NCBI RefSeq assembly: GCF_009914755.1
Contig: NC_060930.1
DNA length: 64,000 nt
Strand: one strand, 5' to 3'
Origin: the human T2T-CHM13v2.0 reference genome, Homo sapiens
Positions within the stretch are counted from its first letter, which is position 1, and every line of letters begins with the position of its first letter. Position numbers and translations under genes: made by a program. A model generated the notes under the pieces. It searched no databases. It saw only the letters and a list, made by a program, of their open reading frames with translations, and was not told the DNA's origin. This document shows, piece by piece, positions 11,602-23,988 of this stretch.

Positions 11602-11814
11602 CAACTTTTTCTAAGCGTGCCCTGACCTGTGGGCCCATTCAAATCGCAAACCAGGAGAAGCTGATGGTTTCACACTATAAGTAACTTTCCCCCCGACCCT
11701 CCCCCTGGGGGCCACAGCAGATCCACGTGGCGAAGCTCAGCAGCTTTCGGTCTCTGTCTCCTTAGACTCCTCGTGAGCAGCCAATGGTGCTGACCACAAG
11801 CGCTGTGCACATCT

Positions 11815-12025
11815 CTGGGGTCAGACTGTCGGGAATCTGCTTCCCATTCTACCACTTATTCACTGTGTGCTGGGCAGATGACTCCAATCCTCTGTCTCCT
11901 CGACTGTAAAGCAGTCCTGGACCTCAGCTAGTTTGTGGGAGGATTCCGTGAAATAATGAGGCAGTCAGCCCAGTGGGGGAAGATTATAAGCTCCCTGTAA
12001 ATGAAGCGGTGGTTGTTGTTATTCT
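11815..12025 (+). mobile_element. MIR
   Basis: ctctggggtcagactg...ccacttattcactgtgtg...ctgtaaa...aggattccgtgaaataatg follows the MIR core layout. Confidence 0.6.
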
Positions 12026-12633
12026 TTTATCTGACCCACAGAGTCACGTCTGCTTGCCTGCTCTTGTGTTTCTAACGCAGCGCCTGCCTGCGGCGTAGTG
12101 AATATTTGTGCAGCAGATTGGCAGTATTTCCGGGTCAGCCTCATTCCTGAGCTCAGTACCCACAAATCCAATGGCTTCTAGTGCATCTTCATCCAGATGT
12201 TCCTTAAGCAGCTCAAAACCAGTGTTGCCTACAAATGGAAATCACCCTTCTCTCCTCTCCCTGGCCTGCTGTCCATCTAAACCCGCTTCTCTTTCTGTAG
12301 CTTATCTCTTGGTTACAGAACAATCTCCCCTTTGCCCAAAGTCTCAATTTGAAAATTAGCTTGGACCTTCTCCTCTTCTTAACTTTTACATCCAATTCAT
12401 CACCAACGAATTTGAATTCTACCTGTGAGCTTTTCTGGGCTTTGCCCTACTCTCCCTCCGCACCGAAGCTCTGTCAGGCCGTCCTGGGCCCCTGCAGTAC
12501 CTGGTTCCGGGGTTGACTTCTGTTCCCTTCTGGGGTGGATAAATACCCTGTGGTTGACGCCAGAGGGAGTTTTTGATGAGCAGCTTGCCCTGACTGTGGG
12601 AGAATGCACCCCTCCACCGCCACTGAACTGACA

Positions 12634-12734
12634 GGGGAGGGACCCTCGATAGGAGTCACAACTGAGGCGAGGACCACCTGCGGGGACGGGACCCTCGAAA
12701 GGAGTCACAGCTGAGGCGAGGACCACCTGTGGGG
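12634..12734. repeat. 49-bp tandem duplication
   Basis: gaccctcgaWaggagtcacaRctgaggcgaggaccacctg at 12641 and 12690. Confidence 0.93.
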
Positions 12735-12887
12735 CCACCTGGCCAGGGAGATGGTACGGTGCCAGCTTCTCTCCTCTGGGAGGAACGCGCCCCTCTGGGT
12801 CAAACAAAGAGCCTTCTGAGTCCCAGCTGCGAGTCCCAGAGTCAGAGCTAGAGAACAGGCCTGGGGGAAAAAAAGGACCTTTCGAGG

Positions 12888-13611
12888 TGTGGAGTGAAAG
12901 GAAAGCTGTCTCTTCACCCTCTGAAGGTTCACTGGAAAATCAACTGTCAAAAGGCAGGTGAATTGGAGAACAGGCATACAAACTGATTAACTTGTACACA
13001 GAGGCCTTGGGACTGAAGACCCAAAGACACAGGGGAATTGGAGGGGAATTGGCCATCTCTATACTTGGGCTCAAGGCAGTGTGGATGGCCGTGTAGGAAT
13101 GTGCCTGGATAGAAAGGGCCCGACCTAACGCCGATGGGCTGAGGGGGCGGCAGGGGCGGCAGGGGCGGCAGGGCCTAACGTGGACGGGCCGAGGGGGCGG
13201 CAGGGCGTAACGCGGGTGGGCGGAGGGGGTGGCAGGGCCCATCTGTCCAGGTTCCTCTTGGCCCCTCTGGGGAGCATCCCTTCCCTTTGTGGGGCGGGGC
13301 CCTCTCTGGAACGGCGATCTCATGACCTGCAGTCAAACAAGGTATGTCCGATAATTTCCTCACCGCCAGTTTTTACAGAGAAAGGTGGAGGAAAGTGGGA
13401 GTCCTATTTCCAGGTTTTATGGCTGGCTTTGGGGAGAAGAGTCCTGGTTCCTATGACTCTCCTGGAGGAACAGGGATTCTTGTTTCTGTGGTGCCTCAGG
13501 GGAGAATGGGGCCGAGAGGCAGGGACGGCAGGAGAAGGTCGGGGAAACCTTTTGCTTCTGAGGCCGCTGCTGAAGCCTGCATTTTGGGGGATTGTCTTCT
13601 GAGTCCCAACA
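12888..13611 (-). mobile_element. MER4-group solo LTR (MER39-like)
   Basis: Minus strand begins TGTTGGGACTCAGAAGACAATCCCCCAAAATG; internal motifs cagtcaaacaaggtatgtc and ggttttatggctggctttgggga. Confidence 0.75.
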
Positions 13612-14429
13612 GCAGCTAAGCGATTATTTAAGAATATTTTCAACTGTTAATAGTTTCCATCTATTCAGCCTTTTAAGCTGAGTTGGCCAATCTAATCCTA
13701 AAAATTGTTAAACTGTATTTAACTTAAATCTATTTAAATATATGTAAATTATTGTAACTATTTGCTCCAGCAGAGTTGATGAGAATACCTAGAAATCCTA
13801 GCGTGTGATTTTTCTGCTTTTAAAAGGATTTCTTTCTTAATCAGAATGCCTGCTGAGAAACTATTCACAAAAGAAGAGTTCCTACAAACGGGGCTGCCTC
13901 CTGCCTCCAGGGAGACCCAGGTTTCAGTGGGCTGTGGGTCCCAGTAGATGTCCTAAAATAGCCCCTGGCCGATGCTTTGTTTCCGTTCAACAGGCAGGTG
14001 CAGATTAAAACTGGTATCTTGCAATCAGGGCTGAGGCCACGTGGACAGAATCAGAATTTGCCCAGCAAGCAGGTGAGTCATTTCTGGACTTGAGCTGGCT
14101 TCACGTAAATCCTACGGGCATCAGAGCCTGAGCCACACATGTCCCCGGCCCAAGTCCAGGGAAGTCCCTCCACCGAGACGTGCCTTAGGCCTCTAGCCTG
14201 TGCCTGGGACAAAGCGGGCCTCGTCTTGGCAGCACGGTTAGAGGTGCGCCTTTGTGGAAGGCGATCCATAGTCGTGCTCTGGAGAATGTGCTGGGGTCAC
14301 GGCTTCTAAGATGCCTCTGTGCTAGCAGTCTGCGGGGCCAGCTTTCCTGCGAGCCCCACACTTTTCTCTTGCTGATAGTAGTGACCAGCTACAGTTTGAT
14401 GAGCGCTCATTTATTTTTTTGTCTGTGTA

Positions 14430-14600
14430 TTTATCCACTTCACCTAAATCCTGATTACCAGCCTACGATGCTGGTATCACCCGGATTTTACAGCTAAGGA
14501 AACTGGTCCAGAGAGGTTGACTAACTTGCCTGGGATCCCATGGATATGAGGGGCCAAGCTATGACTTAGAGAGTTTTGGACTTAGAAGCCTGGGTTTTCC
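14430..14600 (-). mobile_element. MIR
   Basis: attttacagctaaggaaactggtccagagaggttgactaacttgcc is the antisense MIR core. Confidence 0.7.
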
Positions 14601-14989
14601 CTGTATCTCTCTATGTCCTGGGGCTGGGGAAGTCCCATGGGAGCAGGATTCTCAGACCTCAGGCCATGGGGACCCGTGCTGTGGACCCCAGGGATGTGAT
14701 GTCCCTGGCTGTTCATTTCCACCCTGGCTCCACTTCCCTGCTTTTTAAATCCTGGGATTGAGGGAACATATGTCAAAGACGTGGCACACGTGTGGCTGTG
14801 GGGCAGCAGCCCCTGGAGAGAGGAACACCCCCAGGCCTGTGCTCCTGGGCTCCCACCTCGGGTCCCTGGGGCTGCTTTTCTACAACCGAAAACCTTTCTG
14901 TTAACTGCTGAAGTCCAAGGCTGGTCCTACATACCTGGGGGAACTCACGCCAGGTAAAGCCAGCATTTACTGAGCACCTGCACAGGTGG

Positions 14990-15617
14990 TGAGGAATAAA
15001 AATAAAGTTCTAAGCCCCACAGCTGACTAAATGAACCCCCCTTGGCCAGGGGGATCCCTGAGAAACCTTATAAGAAATGCCTCGCTCTGCCTCCTCCCTG
15101 CCCCACTCTCTAACACCATCAGGCTTCTTAAGGACTACACAGAAACTGGCCCCTTGGAAAGCCTCCCCCACTGCGAACTTAAACATCCGACCAGCGTCCC
15201 TTCCCGACAAGAGAGCACCAACTTCGGAGTGGCTCTGGCCCTCTACGGAGGCTGTGTGCTGAGTATCTTCCTGTCCCCGCTTCACCTTCTGATGGACAGG
15301 GTCTGATTGAAATACAGTTAAATATTAAGTCTCCACACCCAAATGAGCGTGGGTCTCATGTAACATACGTGTTAGCCAACTGCGCACGCTTGCAACCCCC
15401 CCTTCATGAATATCCATGGCTCTTCCTGCAGCCTGGTGAGTATGTGCACCCAGCCAGCCTGTTCAGCACGAATTCCTGTCTCCTCCTTCCCTCTCCTGAA
15501 GTGCTTGCTTTTCGGTTTTGGTTGGAGGCCTTGCTTCTGGCCCACAGGCTGAGCTACCCTCGTTTAGAAGTAAAGCTCTGTCTAAATTTATAGATTTTGT
15601 GACTTTTCCAGTCCACA
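14990..15617 (+). mobile_element. MER4-group solo LTR (MER83/MER4-like) inserted in a MIR
   Basis: TG...aaaaataaagttctaagcccc...ccccttggccagggg...CA; 4-bp TSD GTGG at 14986-14989 and 15618-15621. Confidence 0.85.
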
Positions 15618-15621
15618 GTGG

Positions 15622-15850
15622 CCAGTGCTTCACGTTGCCTCAAGGGTGACGGTCCACAGTGGTTCACATGCAATTTCTCTATTTACTCCTCAGAATCATG
15701 TTAGAACCAAACTCCTGTTATTTCTCACTTTGTGTTGAGGAAATGAGGCTTACAGAGACGGAGGAGGTTGCCTCAGGCCCTAACACGAATGGTGGAGCTG
15801 GAACTGGAACCAGGGGCAGTGAAGCTGGCGCAGGGGTGTTTCTGCAAACC
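15622..15850 (-). mobile_element. MIR (continuation of the copy split by the LTR)
   Basis: gaggaaatgaggcttacagag...ggtggagctggaactggaaccagg; left part agcatttactgagcacct at ~14962. Confidence 0.65.
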
Positions 15851-16102
15851 ACCAACGCTGTGTGCTTGGGGGAAACGGAAGAAAAGGGAACAAAAGAGCA
15901 GCAGGAGAACAACTTAATCTCGTTAGTAGAATAATACTTCCATCCTAATGTGGAAATTGAACACAGAAACATTTTCCACCAGTTCCCAAAATCCCCTCCG
16001 AGTGGTTGCCATCAGTACCTAGACTGTGGGGGATCTCAGGGGAACACGGCCCCACATCCCTGAAGGATGAGCCTCCTTTGAAAGTCCTGAAATCAAGGAC
16101 CC

Positions 16103-16606
16103 TGTAGAGCAAATGGGGCTCCCTATCTGATGCACTGGAAGCCAATACTATGACACTGGGTTTTTGAGAAAAGAAACGTTTGCTGTTGAAAATCAACTCC
16201 CAGGGAGACACGAGTCCACTCAGATCTGTCTTCCTATGCTGGCTTCATGGCAGTGATTTTATTAGAAAAGGCTCGGGGGCTGGATCCTGGGATTAGCAGG
16301 TGACTGGTGGAAAGTCCTTGGGCCTGGGCAGTAGCTCTTCACACTGCCTCAAGGGTGGCATGTGCAAACTCGGGGGTGTGAGCATGAAGCCTGCGGTGGA
16401 AATTCAGGCTGTGACATCAGCAAGTACATTCCCTGCGGACTCCAGTGGGCCGTTCGGTTCTAGCTGATTTTGGCTACTTCTTTCATTGCATACGTGGAGG
16501 GAGTGGCAGCGTTTCAGTAAGTTGTTTCCTTTTTTATTTGCCATCCCGTAAACTCAAGAAGTTCTTTTAGTCGTTGGTTTCTTTAACTCTTTGGGGCAGG
16601 GTTTCA
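16103..16606 (-). mobile_element. MER4-group solo LTR (MER87-like), copy 1
   Basis: Minus strand begins TGAAACCCTGCCCCAAAGAGTTAAAGAAACCAA; homologous to 18487-18719 plus 20970-21241. Confidence 0.8.
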
Positions 16607-17760
16607 AACGGATGGCCTTTGAAAGTGAGACTCAAGGACGTACTGACACTGGGCCTGAAAAGCCTAAGAGGCACATGGGCTCCAGGATGTGTGAGGTCCA
16701 GGCCAGGCCGTCACCTAACCGAGCACACTGGAGTGACCCCGGAGCGTAGGCGCACGTGGAGGGAAGGACTCACGGAAGGACGGAAAGGGTGGGGGTGAGG
16801 AGGCTCTTCTGAGCCTGCCCTGGCAGGGGTGCCACCCAGGCACAGCCCTGCTGTGAAGGTCGATGCTGCCCAGCCTGACATCACTGTCACCCAACCCTCA
16901 GGCAAATTAATTGCAAGTATGTGCCAACATTTTACGTCCAATTTGCTGATCATTTTTTTTTTAATGGTTAAAGTTGTTTCTTTTTGGAAGAGTAATTGTT
17001 TTTGTCTTTTGGGAGAGACTTGGGGGAGGATGTGGCAGGATGACATTGTTAGAATAAGCACAAAAAAAGGACTTCCGGCCACAGTCGACTGCCAGGGATG
17101 CCCAGGGCGGCAGCAGGTGTCAGCACTGGGCGTGGAGAGATGGGCTGGATCAAGCACTACGTTCTCTTCTCACCACCTTTTGCTTAGTTTGAGAGAATTG
17201 TGTTTCTTATTTCTAAATGTTTAAATCATGGAACTTTCCACATAGCTCTGATTCATTGCACAGCCAGCAGTGTCCTGGCCCCACGTGCTCTGATAGCCAC
17301 CTTCCGTGAAGAGCGGCTGCTTTATTTCTCCAAGTGCAAAGGATTCCTCTGGAACTCAGTTCTCCACACCAGGCTTCTGTGTTGGGCTAACGCCAGTCTG
17401 CCTTTGAGGGGAAAATCCACTCCAGGGCTCATTTTTCAGGCTCTGGGACCAGAAGGAGGAAGGTCTGGCCCTGGACTGGGGGGAACTCACCACCCATGGG
17501 GCCCAACCCAACTGAAGGAACCCTTGCCCAGAGTTCATTCAACCTCTCCTAAAAATGCGAGAGAATGTTCTGGTTTCAGCCCTTTAGTTGAAGCAGTGGC
17601 TATTCACCAAATTGTCTCTGCACACCCCTGGATAAAGAAGTGGATGTTTAGATCAGTCAGTGTTGAGGAGTTGTTAATGAACTCATTCAGGATAAAACAT
17701 GAAAGCTGTTGCTGCCACTTTCCCCCTCCCATTCTGTGGGGGAGGAATTCATTTCTCTAG

Positions 17761-18079
<319 letters not shown>

Positions 18080-18486
18080 TGTCTATTAATATTAATGCTC
18101 CATTAAAGTGAACATTTCCCTAACTAGCTGTTCTACAGAGCATCTGGTTCAAGGTGGCCTGTTCCTGCAGAGCCAATTTGTCCACACTTCCACCCTCCAT
18201 GGCAGGAAGAATGAGCCCAGCCTTGCCTCCCCTCATCCATGGGAGCACGGCCTCCTGTCTCCTGGCAGGTGCGTTTCTGACATCACCTTGTGATGGATTT
18301 GTGTTTCTTGATGTCAGTCTCACATTTCCTATATAGGACAAGACAGGATTTCCAAATGAGATTGTCAGAGGGACAAGACCTTTTCATTTTGTTGTATGCA
18401 AAACAAACTGAATTAGTTGACAAATTATTTCATATAATTTTGTGCCATGAAATTGGCTCTTTTGCTTTCTGTAAGTTTCCTACTAT

Positions 18487-21241
18487 TGGTATCTAGTAAA
18501 AGGGGCTCATTGCACGATGTGCTAGAAGCCAATACTATGATGCCGGGTTTCTCAGAAAAGAAAAGCTTGATATTGAAAGTCGTCCAGCTCATATCTGCCT
18601 TTCCGTACTGGCTTCATGGTGGTAATTTTATTAAAAAAATTTCACTGGGTGGATCCTGGGATTAGCAGGTGACTGGTAGAAGGAAAAGGGAGGTCTGGAA
18701 AGTCCTTGGGCCTGGGCAGGGTATTAGTCAATTCTCACACTGTGTAAAGAACTGCTGGACACTGAGTAAATTATAAAGGAAAGAGGTTTAATTGACTCAC
18801 AGTTCAGCATGACTAGGGAGGCCTCAGGAAACTTACAATCATGGTGGAAGGTGAAGGGGAAGCAAGGGACTTCTTCACATGGAGGTGGGAGAGAGAAGTG
18901 CTGAGTGAAGCGGTAAGAGCCCCTTATAAGACCACCAGATCTCATGACAACTCACTATCATGAGAACATCATGGGGGGAAACCACACCCATGATTCAATT
19001 ACCTTCACCTAGTCTCTCCCTTAACATATGGGGATTATGGGGATTATAATTCAAGGTGAGATTTGGGTGGGGGCACAAAGCCTAACTATATCATTCAGCC
19101 CCTGACCCCACCCAAATCTCATGCCTCTTTCACATTTCAAAATCAATCATGCTTTCCCAGTGGTCCCCCAGAGTCTTAATTCCTTTCAGCATTAACCCAA
19201 AAGTCCAAGTTCAAAGTCTTATCTGAGACAAGGCAAGTCCCTTCCGCCTATGAGCCTCTAAAATCAAAAGCAAGTTAGTTACTTCCTAGATAAAATGGGG
19301 GCATGGGCATTGGATAAATACACCCATTCCAAATGGGAGAAATTGACCAAAATGAAGGGACTACAGGCCCCATGCAAGTCTGAAATCCAGTGGGGCAGTC
19401 AAATCTTAAAGCTCTGAAATGATCTCCTTTGACTTCATGTCTCACATCCAGGTCACACTAATGCAAGAGGTGGGCTCCCACAGCCTCGGGCAGCTCTGCC
19501 CCTGTGGCTATGTATGGTACAGCCCTCCTCCCAGCTGCTTTCATGGGATGGCATTGAGTTTCTATGGCTTTTCCAGGCACATTGTGCAGCTGCCAGTGGA
19601 TCTACCATTCTGGGGTCTGGAGGACAGTGGCCCCCTTCTCACAGCTCCACTAGGCAGTGCCCCAGTAGGGAGTCTGTGTGAGAGCTCTGACCCCACATTT
19701 CCCTTCCACACTGCCCTAGCAGAGGTTCTCCATGAAAGCCCCGCCCCTGCAGCAAAGTTCTGCCTGGACATTCAGGCCTTTCCATACATCCTCTGAAATC
19801 TAGGTAGAGGTTCCAAAACCTCAGTTCTTGACTTCTGTGTACCTGCAGGCCCAATACCACATGTACACCTCCAAAGCTTGGGACTTGCACCCTCTGAAGC
19901 AACAGCCTGAGCCGTATGTTGGCCCCTTTTAGCCACAGCTGGGATGCAGGGCACCAAGTCCCGAGACTGCACAAAGCAGCAAGGGCCCGGGCCCAGCCCC
20001 CAAAACCATTCTTTCCTCCTAGGTCTCCCAGCCTGTGATGGGAGGGCTGCCATGAAGACCTCTGACATGTCTTAGAGACATTTTTCCCATTGTCTTGGCA
20101 ATTAACATTTGGCTCCTTGTTACTTATGCAAATTTCTATAGCCGGCTTGAATTTCGCCTCAGAAAATTCTTTTTTACTTTCTATCCCATTGTCTGGCTGC
20201 AAGTTTTCTAGACTTTTATGCTCTGCTTACCTTTTAAACCTAAGTTCCAATCCCAAACCATCTCTCTGAAGTTCAAAGTTCCACTAGGGCTGGGCAAAAT
20301 GCTGCCCATCTCTTTGTGAAAGCATAGCAAGAGTCACCTTTATTCCAGTTCCCAAGAAGTTCCTCATCTCTCTCTGAGTCCACCTCAGCCTGGACTTCAT
20401 TGTCCATATCACTATCAGCATTTTGGACAAAACCATTCAAGAAGTCTCTAGGAAGCTCCAAACTTTTCCACATTTTCCTGTCTTCTTCTGAGCCCTCCAA
20501 ACTATTCCAACCTCTGCCCGTTACCCAGTTTCAAAGTCATTTCCACATTTTCAGGTATCTTAATAGCAGTACCCCACTCCCAGTACCAATTTACTATATT
20601 AGTCTGTTCTCACACTGCTATAAAGAACTTCCTGAGACTGGATAATTTATAAAGGAAAGAGGCTTAATTGACTCACGGTTCCGCATGGCTGGAGAGGCCC
20701 TCAGGAAACTTACGATCATGGAGAAAGTCAAAGAGGAAGCAGGCACCTTCTTCACAAGGTGGAAGGTAGGAGAAGTGCTGAGCAAAGTGGGAAGAGCCAC
20801 TTATAAAACCATCAGGTGTCATGAGAACTCACTCACTGTCACCAGAACAGCTTGGGGAAAATTGCCCCCATGACTCAGTTACCTCCCTTGACACGTGGGG
20901 GTTATGCGGATTATGGGGACTATAATTCACCATGAGATTTGGGTGGGGACACAAAGCCTAGCCATATCAGGCAGTCACCTCTTCATGTTACCTCCTCAGT
21001 CACATGTGCAGATTCACAGGAGTGAGCATGAAACCCATGGTGGAAATTCAGGCTGTGATGTCAGCACATGCGTTCTCCACAGACTCCAGTGGCCATTTGG
21101 GCTCAGCCCGTTTTCACCAGCTCCTTCATCTCATGAGTGGAGGGAGGGCTTGTATTTCTCAAGTTTTTTTTTTTAATCTGTCATCCTATAAAATCAAGAA
21201 TTTCTATTAGTCATTTTTTTTAGCTTTTTGAGGCAGTTTCA
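18487..21241 (-). mobile_element. MER87-like solo LTR, copy 2, split by a THE1/MST insertion
   Basis: 18487-18719 and 20970-21241 align consecutively to copy 1 (gaagccaatactatga; ggtggaaattcaggctgtga); flanks ctat/ttat. Confidence 0.8.
18720..20969 (-). mobile_element. Full-length THE1D/MSTA-type MaLR (LTR 18720-19093, internal 19094-20594, LTR 20595-20969)
   Basis: Two homologous LTRs ending in tatca; 5-bp TSD GGCAG at 18715-18719 and 20970-20974; internal relic ORF MEGSEEDRKMWKSLELPRD is typical of THE1-int. Confidence 0.95.
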
Positions 21242-21529
21242 TTATTTCATACACTATTGTTTTTTTCTTTCTTGAATGAAAATCTTTGAAAGAAATGGCT
21301 TTTGTTTCTTATTCAACTTCCCATAAAAACCTATCTATCCCTAGACTTTATGTGCAAAAGGATAATAATTATGTAATAAGATAATACATAATTATCTTAA
21401 TTAATATAAAGATTATGATTCTAAAATAACCTATAGAAATATTAGCTGTGTTTAGGTGACCACATTATTGGTTATTGTAAATGATCTATTTTCAAGATTT
21501 ATGAGATGTTATGTTACATTTGTAAATTT

Positions 21530-22150
21530 AAAAATGCATTCAGCAACACTTGCTGATTAACTGCCAGGAGCTGGGTGTTGTGCCTGGGCCCTGTGGCTGC
21601 AGAAACGTCCTGAGAAAAACCCATTGCTCTGTTTCATGCTTGGCAGGGCTCTTGGGCCATCAGGTGGCTGGGCTCACTGTTGTCAAAGGATGTGAGCTGG
21701 GGCGGGGGCGGGCACATCGGGGGGACATCTGGGCTGGTCTGAAGAATGATTCCAGGTCCGCAGTGTTAGGTCTTATTGGTGAAGAAGGGGCTGAGCTGGG
21801 GAGGCCGTTTCAGGTGAAGGGAGAATAATGAGGAGCTAGAAACGCAGGTGCAATTCTGAAGAATCCTGTGCATCTTAGGCTGGCGACAGACATGACGTGC
21901 CCCGCCCTCCATGGGGCATGGCCAGCAAGCGGGGATGGGTGGGGGAGCAGCTGAAGGTCAGATTATGTTAAAAGCCACAGGGACAGACTCAGAGCTTGCT
22001 GGGAAGAGGCATAGAGTGGACGCCCCAGGCTGCTTTTTCCAGTCACTGATGTGGAAATCACAGGACTGGGTCACCAATCATATAATTAATATCTGCAGGA
22101 AAAATGTCAGCAGTGTCCTCAGTGGGAGGATGGAGGATGGCCTCATGAAT
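21530..22150 (-). mobile_element. Degenerate L2-like remnant
   Basis: gcattcagcaacacttgctga...gtgcctgggccctg resembles the antisense L2 3' end. Confidence 0.4.
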
Positions 22151-23461
22151 TGAAGGAGTAAATGACGTAATTTGAGGATCATTGGAAAAGTCCAAATTGT
22201 TTACACACTAAGCTTATACAATTCCAGAAGTCATCCCAAATAAAGTGATTTCTTTGGTGTAGACGTGTGAGATGGAAACGTCCTGCATGGCATTTAGGTT
22301 TCCAGACACCTGTGAGCAGCATCTTATAGACAAAGATGGCTCAGAAGGGTCCATGCCAGCTTGCTCCTGGCAAGGCCTTGGCCCTGGAGGAAGCAGCCCC
22401 TCAGTCCGTCCTCTCTGCCCCTTCTCCTCTGCCGGCTCGCTGGGTGCAGAGTTCCCTGGCATTTCTGGTGCTCCCTCAGTCTGTCCCAGTATCCAGATGT
22501 CCTTCTGGTGTAAGGGAGCCATTTCCAGGGAAGAAGTCACTTTCCCTGGTCAGGAAGCCCATCCTGGAGTTCTGTGCCCGCACTCAGAACCACAGTTCAG
22601 TTCTTACTTCCCCAGCTGAGCGGTGCCCCCTCCCTTTACCCAGCCACCAGTGCCTCCTGAGTTCACAGGTGGGAGCACCAGGGTGTCCTAGTCTAGGGGG
22701 TACAAAATGACATCAGGCTAACAGTCTCACAACATTGCTGACACACAGATGGGGTGCACCCTTGGCTTGCTGCTTGCCAGGTGTCAGGGACCAAAGACAA
22801 GTCAGATCCTCCCTGCTCTCAGCTGCCCATGAGTGGGTGCTGCAGACAGAGAAGTAACTAGAGACTGCGGTGTGGACAGGGCAGCATGGAGCACACACAG
22901 GTGTGGATATTCAGCAGAGGCCCCCCCTCAAAGGCCATGCCTTGTGGCCAGGGACCTCAGCAGGACAGTGAAGCTAGGTGGCCCTGGGCCCAGTGTGCCC
23001 ATCCAGGGTGAGGGCAGCCACGTCCAGAGGCCATGCAACCTTGGCTTGACCTTGACCTGGGCCAGCACTGCCTTTGAGGGGATATGCTGTTGCAGGCAGG
23101 AGTTTCGGGGAGTGGGGACCCATGATGAGTATGTGTGCGGTGCTTCACGGCTGTCTGGATGGGCGTGGAATCCAGCTACTTGCTGGGAAGGTGGGAGGCA
23201 GGAACCCCGGCAGGTGCATTTGTCCTGGCATTAGGGGCTCAGGATGGAGCTGGACACACTTCATGAAACCCAGGCAGAAGCCCCTTCCCATGGACCGGGG
23301 TGTGATAGAAGCTTTGTAAGGGTGCTGTGGGTTGGGGTTCTGCCCAGACTTCACACTGGCTTTTCTAGACCTTCTCCCTGAGGCCCCGAGGCTGTGGTTA
23401 CACTGCATAGCTGGCTCCGGAACCTCGTTCAGCCCTCACTCCCTCCTGGTTGTCATACTTC

Positions 23462-23988
23462 TGTGCTGTGCACCTGACGTCCCTCCGGCGAGGCTCTGCC
23501 CCCACACACATCCTGCACTGTGCACCTAACGTCCCACCTGCGAAGGTCAGCCACCTCACGTGTCCTGCGCTGTGCACCTGAAATCCCGCCTGCAAAGGTC
23601 GGCCACCTCACGTGTCCTGCGCTGTGCACCTGACGTCCCTGCCTGCAAGGGTCAGCCGCCTCACGTGTCTTGCGCTGTGCACCTGACGTCCCTGCCTGCA
23701 AGGGTCGGCCACCTCACGTGTCCTGCGCTGTGCACCTGACGTCCCGCCTGCAAAGGTCGGCCACCTCACGTGTCCTGCGCTGTGCACCTGACGTCCCGCC
23801 TGCGAAGGTCGGCCACCTCACGTGTCCTGCGCTGTGCACCTGACGTCCCGCCTGCGAGGGTCGGCCGCCTCACGTGTCCTGCGCTGTGCACCTGACGTCC
23901 CGCCTGCGAGGGTCGGCCGCCTCACGTGTCCTGCGCTGTGCACCTGACGTCCCGCCTGCGAGGGTCTGCCTCCACGTGCGTCCTGCGA
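23462..23988. repeat. Minisatellite, 52-53-bp unit CACGTGTCCTGCGCTGTGCACCTGACGTCCCGCCTGCGAGGGTCGGCCRCCT, ~10 copies
   Basis: CACGTG at 23557, 23609, 23662, 23715, 23767, 23819, 23871, 23923, 23973; degenerate left edge. Confidence 0.97.

Noticed and set aside
19419-20645. Several ORFs in the THE1 interior
   Set aside because: Fragmented relic of the MaLR internal ORF with stops and frameshifts
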